Part shown: positions 7,180 to 16,846 of the stretch, in pieces | Layout: the number at the start of each line of letters is the position of its first letter | How positions within the stretch are numbered: the first letter of the stretch is position 1 | Assembly: GCA_016839605.1 (NCBI GenBank) | Contig: JAEOTX010000222.1 | Span: 1 to 19,074 of the forward strand | DNA: 19,074 nucleotides | Direction of reading: 5' to 3' | From: Candidatus Thorarchaeota archaeon | GTDB lineage: Archaea > Asgardarchaeota > Thorarchaeia > Thorarchaeales > Thorarchaeaceae | The notes under the pieces: generated by a model | Database searches by the model: none | Told to the model about the DNA's origin: nothing | What the model saw: only the letters and a program-made list of their open reading frames with translations | Made by a program: the position numbers and the translations under genes

Positions 7180-7674
7180 TTGATTTTGAGCGAAGACGAA
7201 AACAAGACGCTCCGAGATAAGGTTGAAACAATATACAGAGTGAGAGATAAAGCAAGAGAGAGCTCTCGAGGGCTACGCGAAAACGAGAAGTCACTGATAA
7301 AGCTCATTCAGAAGCTGGATAACTACGAGGGGCTTCTTGTTGTGGTGGAGGGAAAGCGAGATGAGCACATCCTCCGTAGTCTTGGGATGCGCGCCCCAAT
7401 ACTCAAGACTCAGCAACGATTGCCCAGGCCTGAACTCCTTGATGAGATTGCAGCCCGTGCAGGTCGTGATGGTCAAGTGCTTATCCTGACCGACTTTGAT
7501 GATGAAGGCATGGAGATCTGTAAGCATATTGAGAAGGGTCTAGAACCGAAACGGATCAAAGTGCGTCAAGGATTACGTTTTGAGATTAGAAAGGCCATGG
7601 GCAACTGGCGCTGTATAGAGGAGTTGGTAGCTCTCTTCAAGAGAAAGGACTCACCAGAGCCTAGTCCGTGCTAG
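7180..7674 (+). CDS. Stand-alone small Toprim-domain protein (UPF0292/RNase M5-like fold)
   Basis: VVVEGKRD and ILTDFDDEG Toprim motifs; N-terminal helical extension. Confidence 0.88.
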   Translation: MILSEDENKTLRDKVETIYRVRDKARESSRGLRENEKSLIKLIQKLDNYEGLLVVVEGKRDEHILRSLGMRAPILKTQQRLPRPELLDEIAARAGRDGQVLILTDFDDEGMEICKHIEKGLEPKRIKVRQGLRFEIRKAMGNWRCIEELVALFKRKDSPEPSPC

Positions 7675-7679
7675 ACCTT

Positions 7680-8714
7680 CTATGTTGAAACTTGTGAGCC
7701 GCAGTTCGGGCAGATGAACTTTCCACCAGGAATCTCTGTGCCGCATACTCGACAGTTGTGAACTCTCCTTATGCGCATACGGTCAACGATTTCTCCCAGC
7801 TGAGGTTCAAGAGTGAACCTGTTATCATTATAGCTGATTCTGAACTCCTTTGGATTGCCAGCCAACTCGAGGAGCTCCATTGGCATGGGAAGTCTGTGCT
7901 TGTCATCAAGCCTCACGATTCTCGTATCGTCTAGCATGTCAAGGTCAATTCCAGTCTGATGGAAACCTGAAATGACTCCATCGCGAATCTCGACAGTCAC
8001 ATCCGCCTTTGATGCGACTTGTTGACTGTGAGTGACTATGAAGAATGAGGTACCAAGAGTCTCATTAAGCTCTTGGAACAGGTCGAGAATCCTCTCACCG
8101 GTCTCAGGGTCTAGGTCTCCAGTTGGTTCGTCGCAAAGAACAAGCCCTTTTCCTTCTGTATCAATCAGATTGACTAGAGCACTGGCGATTGCCACACGAG
8201 ACCTCTCTCCACCACTGAGAGTCGTAGCCTTGTTTCTTCTACGTTCTTCGAGGCCCACTATCTTGATCAGTCGGTCGACACGGTCCTTACGAACGCGGCG
8301 GGGCACTCCTGCAATGCGTGCTGCCAGTTCTACATTTTGCCATGCGTTGAGATGAGGCAATAGATTTCCAAGTTGGAACACAAAACCCATCCAGGCTCGG
8401 CGGGCTTCAGTAAGGACACGTTCGCTGAGCTTCGTAATATCAGTATGCAGATTTGCCCAATAGACCTTACCAACAGTAGCCTTCGCGATTCCTCCAAGGA
8501 CATTGATGAGCGTCGTCTTGCCTGAGCCGCTCGGACCAACCACAGCCATGATCTTGCCTTCAAGAATCTGGAGAGAAACTCCACTAAGGGCGACTACCTC
8601 GAGCTCGTTCGTCTTATAGATCTTGTAGCAGCTGTGAAGACTTGCCACAACATCATCAGGCATGTCGCCAAATAGGTCAAGTTCATCAGCGGTTCCGTGT
8701 GTTGTTGTTACCAT
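7680..8714 (-). CDS. LolD/MacB-type ABC ATPase with C-terminal AbrB-like domain and Zn ribbon
   Basis: GPSGSGKTT, GFVFQ, LSGGE, LCDEPTGDLD, VTHS; C-terminal RIVRLDDKHRLPMP and CRVCG..CPNCG. ATG 8714 preferred; the track uses 8729. Confidence 0.92.
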   Translation of the reverse strand: MVTTTHGTADELDLFGDMPDDVVASLHSCYKIYKTNELEVVALSGVSLQILEGKIMAVVGPSGSGKTTLINVLGGIAKATVGKVYWANLHTDITKLSERVLTEARRAWMGFVFQLGNLLPHLNAWQNVELAARIAGVPRRVRKDRVDRLIKIVGLEERRRNKATTLSGGERSRVAIASALVNLIDTEGKGLVLCDEPTGDLDPETGERILDLFQELNETLGTSFFIVTHSQQVASKADVTVEIRDGVISGFHQTGIDLDMLDDTRIVRLDDKHRLPMPMELLELAGNPKEFRISYNDNRFTLEPQLGEIVDRMRIRRVHNCRVCGTEIPGGKFICPNCGSQVST

Positions 8715-8725
8715 TATTATTCGCC

Positions 8726-11632
8726 TCATAGGTTTCTCAATGTACTAGCAGGGTCTATAGCTCCAGCTCTCCGAGCAGGCATATAGCAGGCCACTACCAT
8801 TGCAATCGTTTCAAGAGCTATAGTGAGTATCATAACCGTCACAGGAAATGTCAAGATTTCCGGGAGAATTGGAAATATCGCATATATACCAAATGTCAAT
8901 AACGTCATTACCAGTCCAAAGACCAAGCCCAGCAGGAAGCTAATCAGAATTGCTGCCAGTACAATTCCCGCGAACTCTCCAAATACCATCGCTACGACCT
9001 GCTTCCTAGTTCCGCCAAGTGCTCTGAATATTGCATACTCAGACTCTCGCTCGCCAACGGCTGAGCCGAGGAACAGGACTATAGCAAAGAGTCCCATAGC
9101 TGCACACAGGATATAGGAAATCATAGTGAGCCCTTGAATACCTGACAGAAATGGACTCAGTCTAGGAATCTGCGTTATGTCTGTATTCTCGAGGGTATAG
9201 ACATTATTATTCTTCTCCAACTCAATATCGGTGACAAGAGGCGTTACCGTTTCGTAGTCGGTTATGTCTAGTAGGACCAAATGAGCATTCTCAATATACG
9301 TCAGCGATGACAAGAAATCTCTGTTGACCAAGCTAAATCCGCCAGTGGAAGCTATCTGGAATCCGAAATAGGATCCAAAAGGTGTACCCCTAAAACCATG
9401 TCTGGAAGCCAAACCGAATCCCGGTGCGCTTTTCATTATCCCAACAATTTGGAACTCTTGAGTAGTAGTCGAGTTTATTGTCTCTACACTGACTGCTATA
9501 GTTTGCCCGACAGCTTTCTCCCAGCGTGTTGCGTAGTGTTCACTAATTACAATGCCGTTGGGTGTAGAGTCTAATGCAGTGAGAACCTGTGTAGGAGTCC
9601 CGCTGACAAAACTATCAAGCGTAAACAAGCCAACTGCAAGATAATTGGATGCATCTACCCCCTCGAGAAGGAAATAGCTTGTATCTACTGCAGCAGAGGT
9701 CTCAATGATAGGGGCGACATCATTGACCCCAGAATAGCCGAGAAATGATGATACGTAGTCAGGAGTCAAACCGTATGACTCAACTCTCATGTCTGCACCG
9801 ATTGCGTATTCTAGCTCACGATTCATTGTCGTTTCAAGACTCTGAGTTTGAATCAGTGCCATCGTCGTGGTTGTTAGTGTGATCGTCAAGACAATCATAA
9901 GCGGAATGAACTGACCCTTTCGTCTTCTGAGACTCTGCTGCAGATAGAGACTCTTCTCACCAAGAAGTCGTTGACTTCTTCCAGAAACATAAGCTGTCGC
10001 TAAGCGCATCGCTCTTGAGCCTAAATACGATGCTGAGAAGAGCAGAATAGTAGCTGCAAGGACTTCCAGCATAGCAGTAGAGCCTGTTGGGGTAATGATT
10101 ACTGGCATAATTACTAGAGTCGTTAGCACAAGACCCAGACCAGACCAATAGAACCAAGGACTGGTCTCCTCTGGGGCTTCATATTCATTTCTCGTTGTTG
10201 GCTGGCCTATTTCAGACACATCAATTCTTCTGGACACGTGAAGAAGGTATGCAGACGGCAGATACATCGCAATGGCAACTGCAAGCACAACAGCTTGCAT
10301 TGGAATCACTGCATTGTCGAAGTAAAGCATATACAAAGATACATCGAATGAGAGCAATCCATTTGAGGAGCCCATCAATGGTGCCATCAAGACTGCCATC
10401 AAGAACCCGGTGCCTAGTCCTAGGACTGCCATAGCTATGGACTCCCAGATAACAGCAGAGAAGATTTGGTTGAAGGAAGCACCCTTGGCTCTCAGAGAAC
10501 TAATCTCTCCTCTTCTATATGATATCGACGTTTCTGAAGTGAAGACTGTAAGCATCAATCCCATGATGATGACTGGCAGTCCAAGAACGATTAACACCTG
10601 GCTTCGGAGATATATCGCTATGTGGTTTTCAAGCTCCTCAATAGTTTCAAATCCAGTTACACGGAGGCTTGGAAACCGCTCCTCAATCTGAACCTTGAGG
10701 TTTTCCAAATTAGTGATAACTTGCGTCGCACCAGCTGCAGCAAGGCCATCGCGGGATGCTCTGATGAAGCCTACTGGGGAGAAGTAGCCTTGAGTAGAAA
10801 CATCATCGAGAACTCTTTCGTCTACTTGTTCATCCAGCATTATCACTGCATCACTGATGCCCAGTACTGGTTCGCCACCACCTAATGCGTCCCAGTTCTG
10901 GCGCATTATGGATGGAAACGATTGGCCGACCATAGACACTGTTACAATACTGTAGATACCAACGACCTTGAGGCCACTTATTCTCATCCGACCTGCTTCA
11001 TCTGGAGTTGTCCAATCATCATCCGTCGGTCTCTGTTTAGCAGCAAATCGCAGCAGATCAATATCAATAAAGCTGCCCAGAGTTATCTCAATACCATGCA
11101 CATCATAAGCAGTGTCCACATAGTTCTGTGACACAACTACCTCTCCAACTTCAAGATTCATTTTCCCTTGCCACTCGACTTCCTTTGAGAGGGCATCGAG
11201 AATCTCGTTGTTTGCGAGGATTACCCTTCCATCCTTGATTCCTATTAGATAGTTATTTCGCTCAACCATGTTATACTCGGTCCAATCGGGCCAATTGCCC
11301 TGCAGAATACAAACCGAAGAGGGTATGACATGCGCGTATTCGGCAAAACCACTTGCCAAGGCGAAATCACGTGCCTCAGGCAGACTGGAATAGTCTGTTA
11401 TTCCTGATTTCACGTGCATATTGATCTGGTAGGCATTCTCGTCAAAATAGTCCTCAATGGCCAGCATAGATCCTGTGCCAGTCCATATGAAGACCGTTGT
11501 CGGGATGGAAATGCTCACAGCTAGTATTAGTGCAATCCCAATGTTTCGTGCCTTATGGGTCTTCAGCGAAGTGACTGCATATGACGGAGCCCACCAGATG
11601 TTTCCCTTCATGAATTTTCCTTGGTCACTCAA
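8726..11632 (-). CDS. Large FtsX/MacB-like ABC permease (two FtsX repeats)
   Basis: 968 aa; RRGEISSLRAKGAS and RESEYAIFRALGG FtsX motifs; ends PARRAGAIDPASTLRNL; GAGGTGA RBS before TTG. Confidence 0.92.
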   Translation of the reverse strand: MSDQGKFMKGNIWWAPSYAVTSLKTHKARNIGIALILAVSISIPTTVFIWTGTGSMLAIEDYFDENAYQINMHVKSGITDYSSLPEARDFALASGFAEYAHVIPSSVCILQGNWPDWTEYNMVERNNYLIGIKDGRVILANNEILDALSKEVEWQGKMNLEVGEVVVSQNYVDTAYDVHGIEITLGSFIDIDLLRFAAKQRPTDDDWTTPDEAGRMRISGLKVVGIYSIVTVSMVGQSFPSIMRQNWDALGGGEPVLGISDAVIMLDEQVDERVLDDVSTQGYFSPVGFIRASRDGLAAAGATQVITNLENLKVQIEERFPSLRVTGFETIEELENHIAIYLRSQVLIVLGLPVIIMGLMLTVFTSETSISYRRGEISSLRAKGASFNQIFSAVIWESIAMAVLGLGTGFLMAVLMAPLMGSSNGLLSFDVSLYMLYFDNAVIPMQAVVLAVAIAMYLPSAYLLHVSRRIDVSEIGQPTTRNEYEAPEETSPWFYWSGLGLVLTTLVIMPVIITPTGSTAMLEVLAATILLFSASYLGSRAMRLATAYVSGRSQRLLGEKSLYLQQSLRRRKGQFIPLMIVLTITLTTTTMALIQTQSLETTMNRELEYAIGADMRVESYGLTPDYVSSFLGYSGVNDVAPIIETSAAVDTSYFLLEGVDASNYLAVGLFTLDSFVSGTPTQVLTALDSTPNGIVISEHYATRWEKAVGQTIAVSVETINSTTTQEFQIVGIMKSAPGFGLASRHGFRGTPFGSYFGFQIASTGGFSLVNRDFLSSLTYIENAHLVLLDITDYETVTPLVTDIELEKNNNVYTLENTDITQIPRLSPFLSGIQGLTMISYILCAAMGLFAIVLFLGSAVGERESEYAIFRALGGTRKQVVAMVFGEFAGIVLAAILISFLLGLVFGLVMTLLTFGIYAIFPILPEILTFPVTVMILTIALETIAMVVACYMPARRAGAIDPASTLRNL

Positions 11633-11642
11633 TCATATCACC

Positions 11643-14528
11643 TCACAGATTCCTCAAAACAATCGCAGGATCGGTCCTTCCCGCTTCTCTAGCGGGGAAA
11701 TAGGCCCCAATAATCATGGCTATAATTTCAATGAATAGCACTAGGAACAGGAAGTTCATCGGGACAGTAATCGTTGCAGAGAGCGTCCTAGAGAATGGAC
11801 TCATTTGAAATAGAAAGAAGCCATTGACATATGCCAATATAGTTCCCAGAACCAAGCTGACTGCTAAGGATGCCAAGACAACACTCGAGAACTCAGAAAA
11901 CACCATGGTCACTAGTTGCCGTCTAGATCCTCCTAGCGCACGAAGGACTGCGTATTCCTTCCTTCGTTCTCGCACAACAGAACCCAAGAAGAGCGAGAGA
12001 GAGAACAGACTCATAACGAGACCCATGACAAATCCTATAGAGAAGAGTCCTTCAATTGTGTTCAGGAACAGTGCAGTGCCGTAGGAATGTGCCTTGAGGT
12101 CAAATGCTTCTGGCGTGAAGACAGTTACACCGCTGTCATTCATTAGAAAGTCAGCAAACGCAGCAGAATCAGCTTCTTCACCTAAGCTAGCTATAAAGAG
12201 GTCAGCTTCCGACTTGCCAAGCTCTGTTGTCACGAAATCGATGTTTGTGAGTACAAATCCTTCGTAACCCGACTGAAAACCAAATCCAGCCCCTAATTTA
12301 GAGGCGGGGACATCACCCCTCCATGAGTAACCGAAGCCAGGAGCAGAGTAGACAATCCCGGTAACGTTGAAGTATATCTCTCTAGTAATCGCAATTCCGC
12401 TCACTGCAATACGCACAAGATCACCAATTGTCTTGTTCCAACGTTGGGCATGATGAGAGCTTATGATTATTCCATTTTCCAGAGTGTTTAGATCTGCGAG
12501 AACCTCTTCAGCGTCTCCATCTGGAAAACTGGTCTCATCGAAGTGACCGATCGAGGAATACTTGGAAGCATCGAGGGCCGTGACGGTCAGCTCGTCAGAG
12601 CCAACTCTCCCGAGGGCGCGATACACAGGAGTAACTGATGAAACCTGTTCATAAGCCTCAAGTGTCTCACTGAAAGTAAATGGGAGAGAGTCAGTTTCGA
12701 TTCTCATGTCCACGCCCACAGCGTAGTCCACCTCACGTTCAAGATCGTAACGAAGACTTTCAGCTTGGACAGAGAAAGCAATCGTTGTGGACATTGTGAG
12801 TGCTAGCACAAGCATCAGCGGGATTATTCTCCCCCTTCGCATACGGAGATACGCCGCAGTGATACGATTCTTCTGACCCAGCACGAAAGAAAGTCTTGAT
12901 GATATTCCCGCCAGGCCCAAGCGTGAAACTCTAGAGCCATTATATGCAATGAAAAACCACGCTGCTGTAGCAAGTGTGAGGTTAAGCAATAGGATGAGTG
13001 GATTCCGTGGGAAGTAGATAGCTGCAAATAGAACTATGGCTAGAAGAGTGATTGAGGCACCAAATGTAAACCTATAGGCGACTTCTCCGGAATATGGTTT
13101 CTCAACTGAGTCCTCCAGCACTGAGCCAATCTCTGCTTGAGCTGCTCTCTTCGCCAGATAGAGGATGAAGAGCATCGGTGGTATAATGCATAACAGGACA
13201 GCAGTGATTAGAGTATCAAGTCTTACAACGGAGTTGAGCCAGTAAAATTCATACACTGCCCAATCAAATGTCATGAAACTTGTAGTTGCAGGAATTAATG
13301 CGGCAAATATGGTGGCTAAGACAACCCCAAGAACCAGACTTAGCAACGCTAAGAAGAATGATTCCCATAGGAATATTCCATAGATTTGACTCGTACTTGC
13401 CCCCTTCGAACGTAGGACTCCAACCTCAGTAGATCTCGGAGCCATGAAGGTGTCTGCAGCAAAGATAGACAGCACTAATGCGAGGAGGAAAATCGGCAGA
13501 TTCAGCATTGAATATGACACTGAGTCGAGATATGAATTAACTATCCACTGAAGTTGACGGCTTTTGTCTAGTCCTTCAGCTTCAACATAATACTGCTCTT
13601 GAACTCGAGTAGCCAGTATTCTGAAGCTCTGAGAAATCTTGCTTGGACCGTTCTCGAGGAGAGCATTTCTATCTGCGCGTATCAAACTATGTGCGGGAAA
13701 CCATCTATCAGAGTCTATGAACCCTGTTGGAACTGAACTTTCGAGAATCATCACGCTATCCCTAAGTCCTAGGACAGGAAACCTTGTGTTTGTGTAGTTC
13801 CAGCTTGCGCGCATATATGATGGAAATGCTAGCTCGGTAAGGGTTGAGAGACGCTTGGGATGATAGATACCCACAATTCTGATTCCCTCGACACTGTATC
13901 GATCCATGTCTCCAATCTCGATACCTTCCCTGCCGAGAATCTCCAAATCGATTTCATCACCTATAACCAAGCTTAGATTGAATACATCCTTGGTGTAGGT
14001 CACAAACTGGCTTGATACGATAACATCTCCTTCGTTGAGCGTGAATACTCCCTCATACTTGAAATCATTTGATGCAAGATCGAGAAACTCATTATTCACA
14101 AGAAGAACACGGCAGTCTTTTACACCTGCGGAGTATTGAGGGTCATCAATATCATATTCAAAGTCATCGGGGTAATCAGTTCCCCAGAGGAATCCCAAGG
14201 TTGAGTCAATTCTCATCACGGTAGCAACTAGAGGGTCATTCTGAAGGTAGTCGAAAGCTAAAGACCCCTGATCATCATTATCAGCGTATGTCTTGATTAG
14301 CAACTGGAATGGATGCCTTTCTAAGTAATTATCCACGCTCACCTGCACACCTGTGTCAGCCCAGACAATGTTAGAGGTCAATAGACTAATCCCAAGAGCA
14401 AGGGTAAGCGCTAAAGTGAGTGCTCGAAATGGGTTAGCCTTCATAGCGCTCAATGCATACGATAGCGAGTAGAGATGACTCCCCTGTGAGTATTTCCCAG
14501 GACTCGCTGATTTCTCCACAGGAGTCAC
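11643..14528 (-). CDS. Large FtsX/MacB-like ABC permease, paralog of the downstream gene
   Basis: 961 aa; RSTEVGVLRSKGAS and RRKEYAVLRALGG; ends PAREAGRTDPAIVLRNL; GTGA overlap with the ATPase stop. Confidence 0.92.
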   Translation of the reverse strand: MTPVEKSASPGKYSQGSHLYSLSYALSAMKANPFRALTLALTLALGISLLTSNIVWADTGVQVSVDNYLERHPFQLLIKTYADNDDQGSLAFDYLQNDPLVATVMRIDSTLGFLWGTDYPDDFEYDIDDPQYSAGVKDCRVLLVNNEFLDLASNDFKYEGVFTLNEGDVIVSSQFVTYTKDVFNLSLVIGDEIDLEILGREGIEIGDMDRYSVEGIRIVGIYHPKRLSTLTELAFPSYMRASWNYTNTRFPVLGLRDSVMILESSVPTGFIDSDRWFPAHSLIRADRNALLENGPSKISQSFRILATRVQEQYYVEAEGLDKSRQLQWIVNSYLDSVSYSMLNLPIFLLALVLSIFAADTFMAPRSTEVGVLRSKGASTSQIYGIFLWESFFLALLSLVLGVVLATIFAALIPATTSFMTFDWAVYEFYWLNSVVRLDTLITAVLLCIIPPMLFILYLAKRAAQAEIGSVLEDSVEKPYSGEVAYRFTFGASITLLAIVLFAAIYFPRNPLILLLNLTLATAAWFFIAYNGSRVSRLGLAGISSRLSFVLGQKNRITAAYLRMRRGRIIPLMLVLALTMSTTIAFSVQAESLRYDLEREVDYAVGVDMRIETDSLPFTFSETLEAYEQVSSVTPVYRALGRVGSDELTVTALDASKYSSIGHFDETSFPDGDAEEVLADLNTLENGIIISSHHAQRWNKTIGDLVRIAVSGIAITREIYFNVTGIVYSAPGFGYSWRGDVPASKLGAGFGFQSGYEGFVLTNIDFVTTELGKSEADLFIASLGEEADSAAFADFLMNDSGVTVFTPEAFDLKAHSYGTALFLNTIEGLFSIGFVMGLVMSLFSLSLFLGSVVRERRKEYAVLRALGGSRRQLVTMVFSEFSSVVLASLAVSLVLGTILAYVNGFFLFQMSPFSRTLSATITVPMNFLFLVLFIEIIAMIIGAYFPAREAGRTDPAIVLRNL

Positions 14529-15310
14529 TTCCCAATAGAGGCCTCCTCATCAGCCTGAAACTTTGCGCGAACCTCTTCGATGTCTATGCCGCTAGGCTTG
14601 AAGAATTCAGTAACTAGTTCCTCCACAAGCACACCGTTTCGAAGGAGGAGGATCTTGTCCGTCATCTTTGCAACTTCAGGATCATGAGTGACTACAATGA
14701 TAGCTCTGCCTTCCTCTTTCGCCAGACGTTTCATAAGCTGAATAATCTCGCCACCAGTGGTATGATCGAGATCCCCTGTCGGTTCGTCGCAGAGAAGAAT
14801 TGCTGGGTCATTTGCAAGCGCACGTGCAAGGGCGATGCGAGAGCGCATTCCACCAGAGAGCTCATGAGGCATGTGTTGAGCGCGATGGTCGACACCCACC
14901 ACTTCAAGGAGGTTCATTCCTCGCTTGTGGCGCTCTTCTGTGGGAACATTGTCAAGTAGCATTGGTACCTCAACGTTCTCCAACGCTGTAAATATGGGCA
15001 GGAGAAGTTGGTCCTGGAATAGAACGCCGACCTTGTGTCGTCTAACAGCCGAGATCCCTTCATCATTGAGGGCAGTAATGTCGGTTCCATCAACAATAAT
15101 CTGGCCAGATGTAGGTCGGTCTAGACCGCCGATGAGATTCAGGAGTGTGGTCTTTCCCGATCCTGAGGCACCTACTACCGCTACAAACTCGCCTCTATGG
15201 ACTTTGAGATTGGTCCCTTGAAGCACGCGGATGACGCGTGAGCCGTCTTGGAAATCTCTGTGAACATCTATGCATTCAACTGCGACGTGATTGTCTGCGC
15301 CCAATGGCAT
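14525..15310 (-). CDS. LolD/MacB-type ABC ATPase
   Basis: GASGSGKTT, LSGGM, LLCDEPTGDLD, VTHD. Start ATG 15310 preferred over 15364 because a TATA box lies at 15341-15347. Confidence 0.93.
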   Translation of the reverse strand: MPLGADNHVAVECIDVHRDFQDGSRVIRVLQGTNLKVHRGEFVAVVGASGSGKTTLLNLIGGLDRPTSGQIIVDGTDITALNDEGISAVRRHKVGVLFQDQLLLPIFTALENVEVPMLLDNVPTEERHKRGMNLLEVVGVDHRAQHMPHELSGGMRSRIALARALANDPAILLCDEPTGDLDHTTGGEIIQLMKRLAKEEGRAIIVVTHDPEVAKMTDKILLLRNGVLVEELVTEFFKPSGIDIEEVRAKFQADEEASIGK

Positions 15311-15340
15311 GTCACCCAATGCCTCACGAAGACAAAGCCC

Positions 15341-15347
15341 ATTTAAG
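15341..15347 (-). promoter_or_regulatory. TATA box of the ABC operon
   Basis: Minus-strand CTTAAAT about 31-37 nt upstream of ATG 15310. Confidence 0.5.
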
Positions 15348-15444
15348 GAGCATGCTTCGAGCATTTGTGTACGACTGAAATTTAGATAGTGCTGTTGAAT
15401 AAGAAGACAGAATAGCAGCCTGTCAAAGAATGAGATGAGGTTTC

Positions 15445-15942
15445 ATGAGAGTCTTTGCAGTTGCTGGATATTCAAGTACAGGTAAGACAACTCTGGTGGA
15501 GGCACTCATCAGGGAGTTGACAAGAAGAGGATACTCGGTCTCAACAATCAAGAGTACTAATGAAGATGTAAAAGACATGAAGGGCACAGACACAGAACGT
15601 CACCGAATGGCTGGTGCCAAGACAACAATACTCGCGGGACCTGAATCGATTATGATTCAATCAGAGAGATTGTCGAGTCTGAAAGAAATCCTGTCATCAA
15701 TTAAAGGGGATCTTTTGCTAATCGAGGGGATGAAAGAGAAGCCCATTCCTAAGATTTGGTGCATTGGTAAAGATGAGTTGCCGAAAGCATTGCCGGACGG
15801 AGTTGTAGCTGTATATACCTGGGATGGGTCACCAATCGACATGGAGGGGCAGATGATTTCGCGCTATACAATGGAACAGATAGGAGAGCTCGCCGACTTA
15901 ATTGAAACCACCTCAGTAGACTTGGCGGAGATTGATATCTGA
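15445..15942 (+). CDS. mobB: Molybdopterin-guanine dinucleotide biosynthesis protein B
   Basis: VAGYSSTGKTTL, GTDTERHRMAGA, LLIEGMK..IPKI. Confidence 0.88.
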   Translation: MRVFAVAGYSSTGKTTLVEALIRELTRRGYSVSTIKSTNEDVKDMKGTDTERHRMAGAKTTILAGPESIMIQSERLSSLKEILSSIKGDLLLIEGMKEKPIPKIWCIGKDELPKALPDGVVAVYTWDGSPIDMEGQMISRYTMEQIGELADLIETTSVDLAEIDI

Positions 15943-15996
15943 AAATTTCATGCCTAATCAAAATACTCTTCAAAGTTCTCAGTCCAGCTAGTTGCA

Positions 15997-16842
15997 ATGC
16001 GGACTATCAAGACAGAGCATTTCAACCTGACAGACACAATAGAGTGCGGTCAGACATTCAGCTGGATTAGAGATGGGAAAGGATACATGAACGCAGACAT
16101 CGGTCAGGTAGTATACGTAGAGCAAAATGGTAACACACTCCACTACGAAACATCCGACGAGAGAGTTGATCTTCGAAAACACTTCAGACTGAATGACCCC
16201 CTTCCTCTGATTCAGAAAGAAATCACCAGAGACGGATTCATGAGAGAAAGCATAGAATTTGCTCCTGGACTTCGACTGGTCTCGGACGAGTTCTTTCCAT
16301 GTCTGGTCTCGTTTATCTTATCAATACAAAGCAATATCCCAAGATTGCATGGTTGTATGCGGTCCCTCAGAGAGAAATACGGCACACCCTACAGGTTTCG
16401 TGGAAGAACTATCTATGGCTTTCCAACACCTGAGCAGTTGAGTAAAGCCAATGAGGAACAACTGAGAGCCCTCATGTTTGGCTGGCGATCTGCGTTCATC
16501 GTCAAAGCTACCGCATCCATCTTATCTGGAGATATCAATCCCAAAGAGCTCACAGAATCCTCCTATGAAGAGGCGCATCGAAGATTGAAAGTGATTCACG
16601 GTGTAGGTGACAAAGTAGGAGACTGTGTTTGCCTGTTCTCACTTGGCTTTCTTGAGGCATTCCCAATTGATGTTTGGATAGAGAGGGTAATTCAGGAGCA
16701 CTTCAATATGCTTACTTCATCAGGCAAATCCTACGCCAGAAAGTCAGAAGCAGCAAGGAAATACTTTGGAAGATATGCAGGATACGCACAGGAGTACCTA
16801 TACAATTATGCTAGATCAAAGAACAGTAGACCTGCAAGATAG
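15997..16842 (+). CDS. 8-oxoguanine DNA glycosylase/AP lyase (OGG1-type HhH-GPD)
   Basis: N-terminal TIECGQTFSW, SFILSIQSNIPR, FPTPE, HhH GVGDKVGDC (catalytic Lys), FPIDVW (catalytic Asp), YAGYAQEYLY. Confidence 0.92.
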   Translation: MRTIKTEHFNLTDTIECGQTFSWIRDGKGYMNADIGQVVYVEQNGNTLHYETSDERVDLRKHFRLNDPLPLIQKEITRDGFMRESIEFAPGLRLVSDEFFPCLVSFILSIQSNIPRLHGCMRSLREKYGTPYRFRGRTIYGFPTPEQLSKANEEQLRALMFGWRSAFIVKATASILSGDINPKELTESSYEEAHRRLKVIHGVGDKVGDCVCLFSLGFLEAFPIDVWIERVIQEHFNMLTSSGKSYARKSEAARKYFGRYAGYAQEYLYNYARSKNSRPAR

Positions 16843-16846
16843 TCGG

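Noticed and set aside
8032-15221. Many short ORFs inside the ABC operon
   Set aside because: Antisense or off-frame shadows of long, well-supported genes.
15311-15364. Extended ATPase start at 15364
   Set aside because: Runs through the TATA box; ATG 15310 fits the promoter spacing better.
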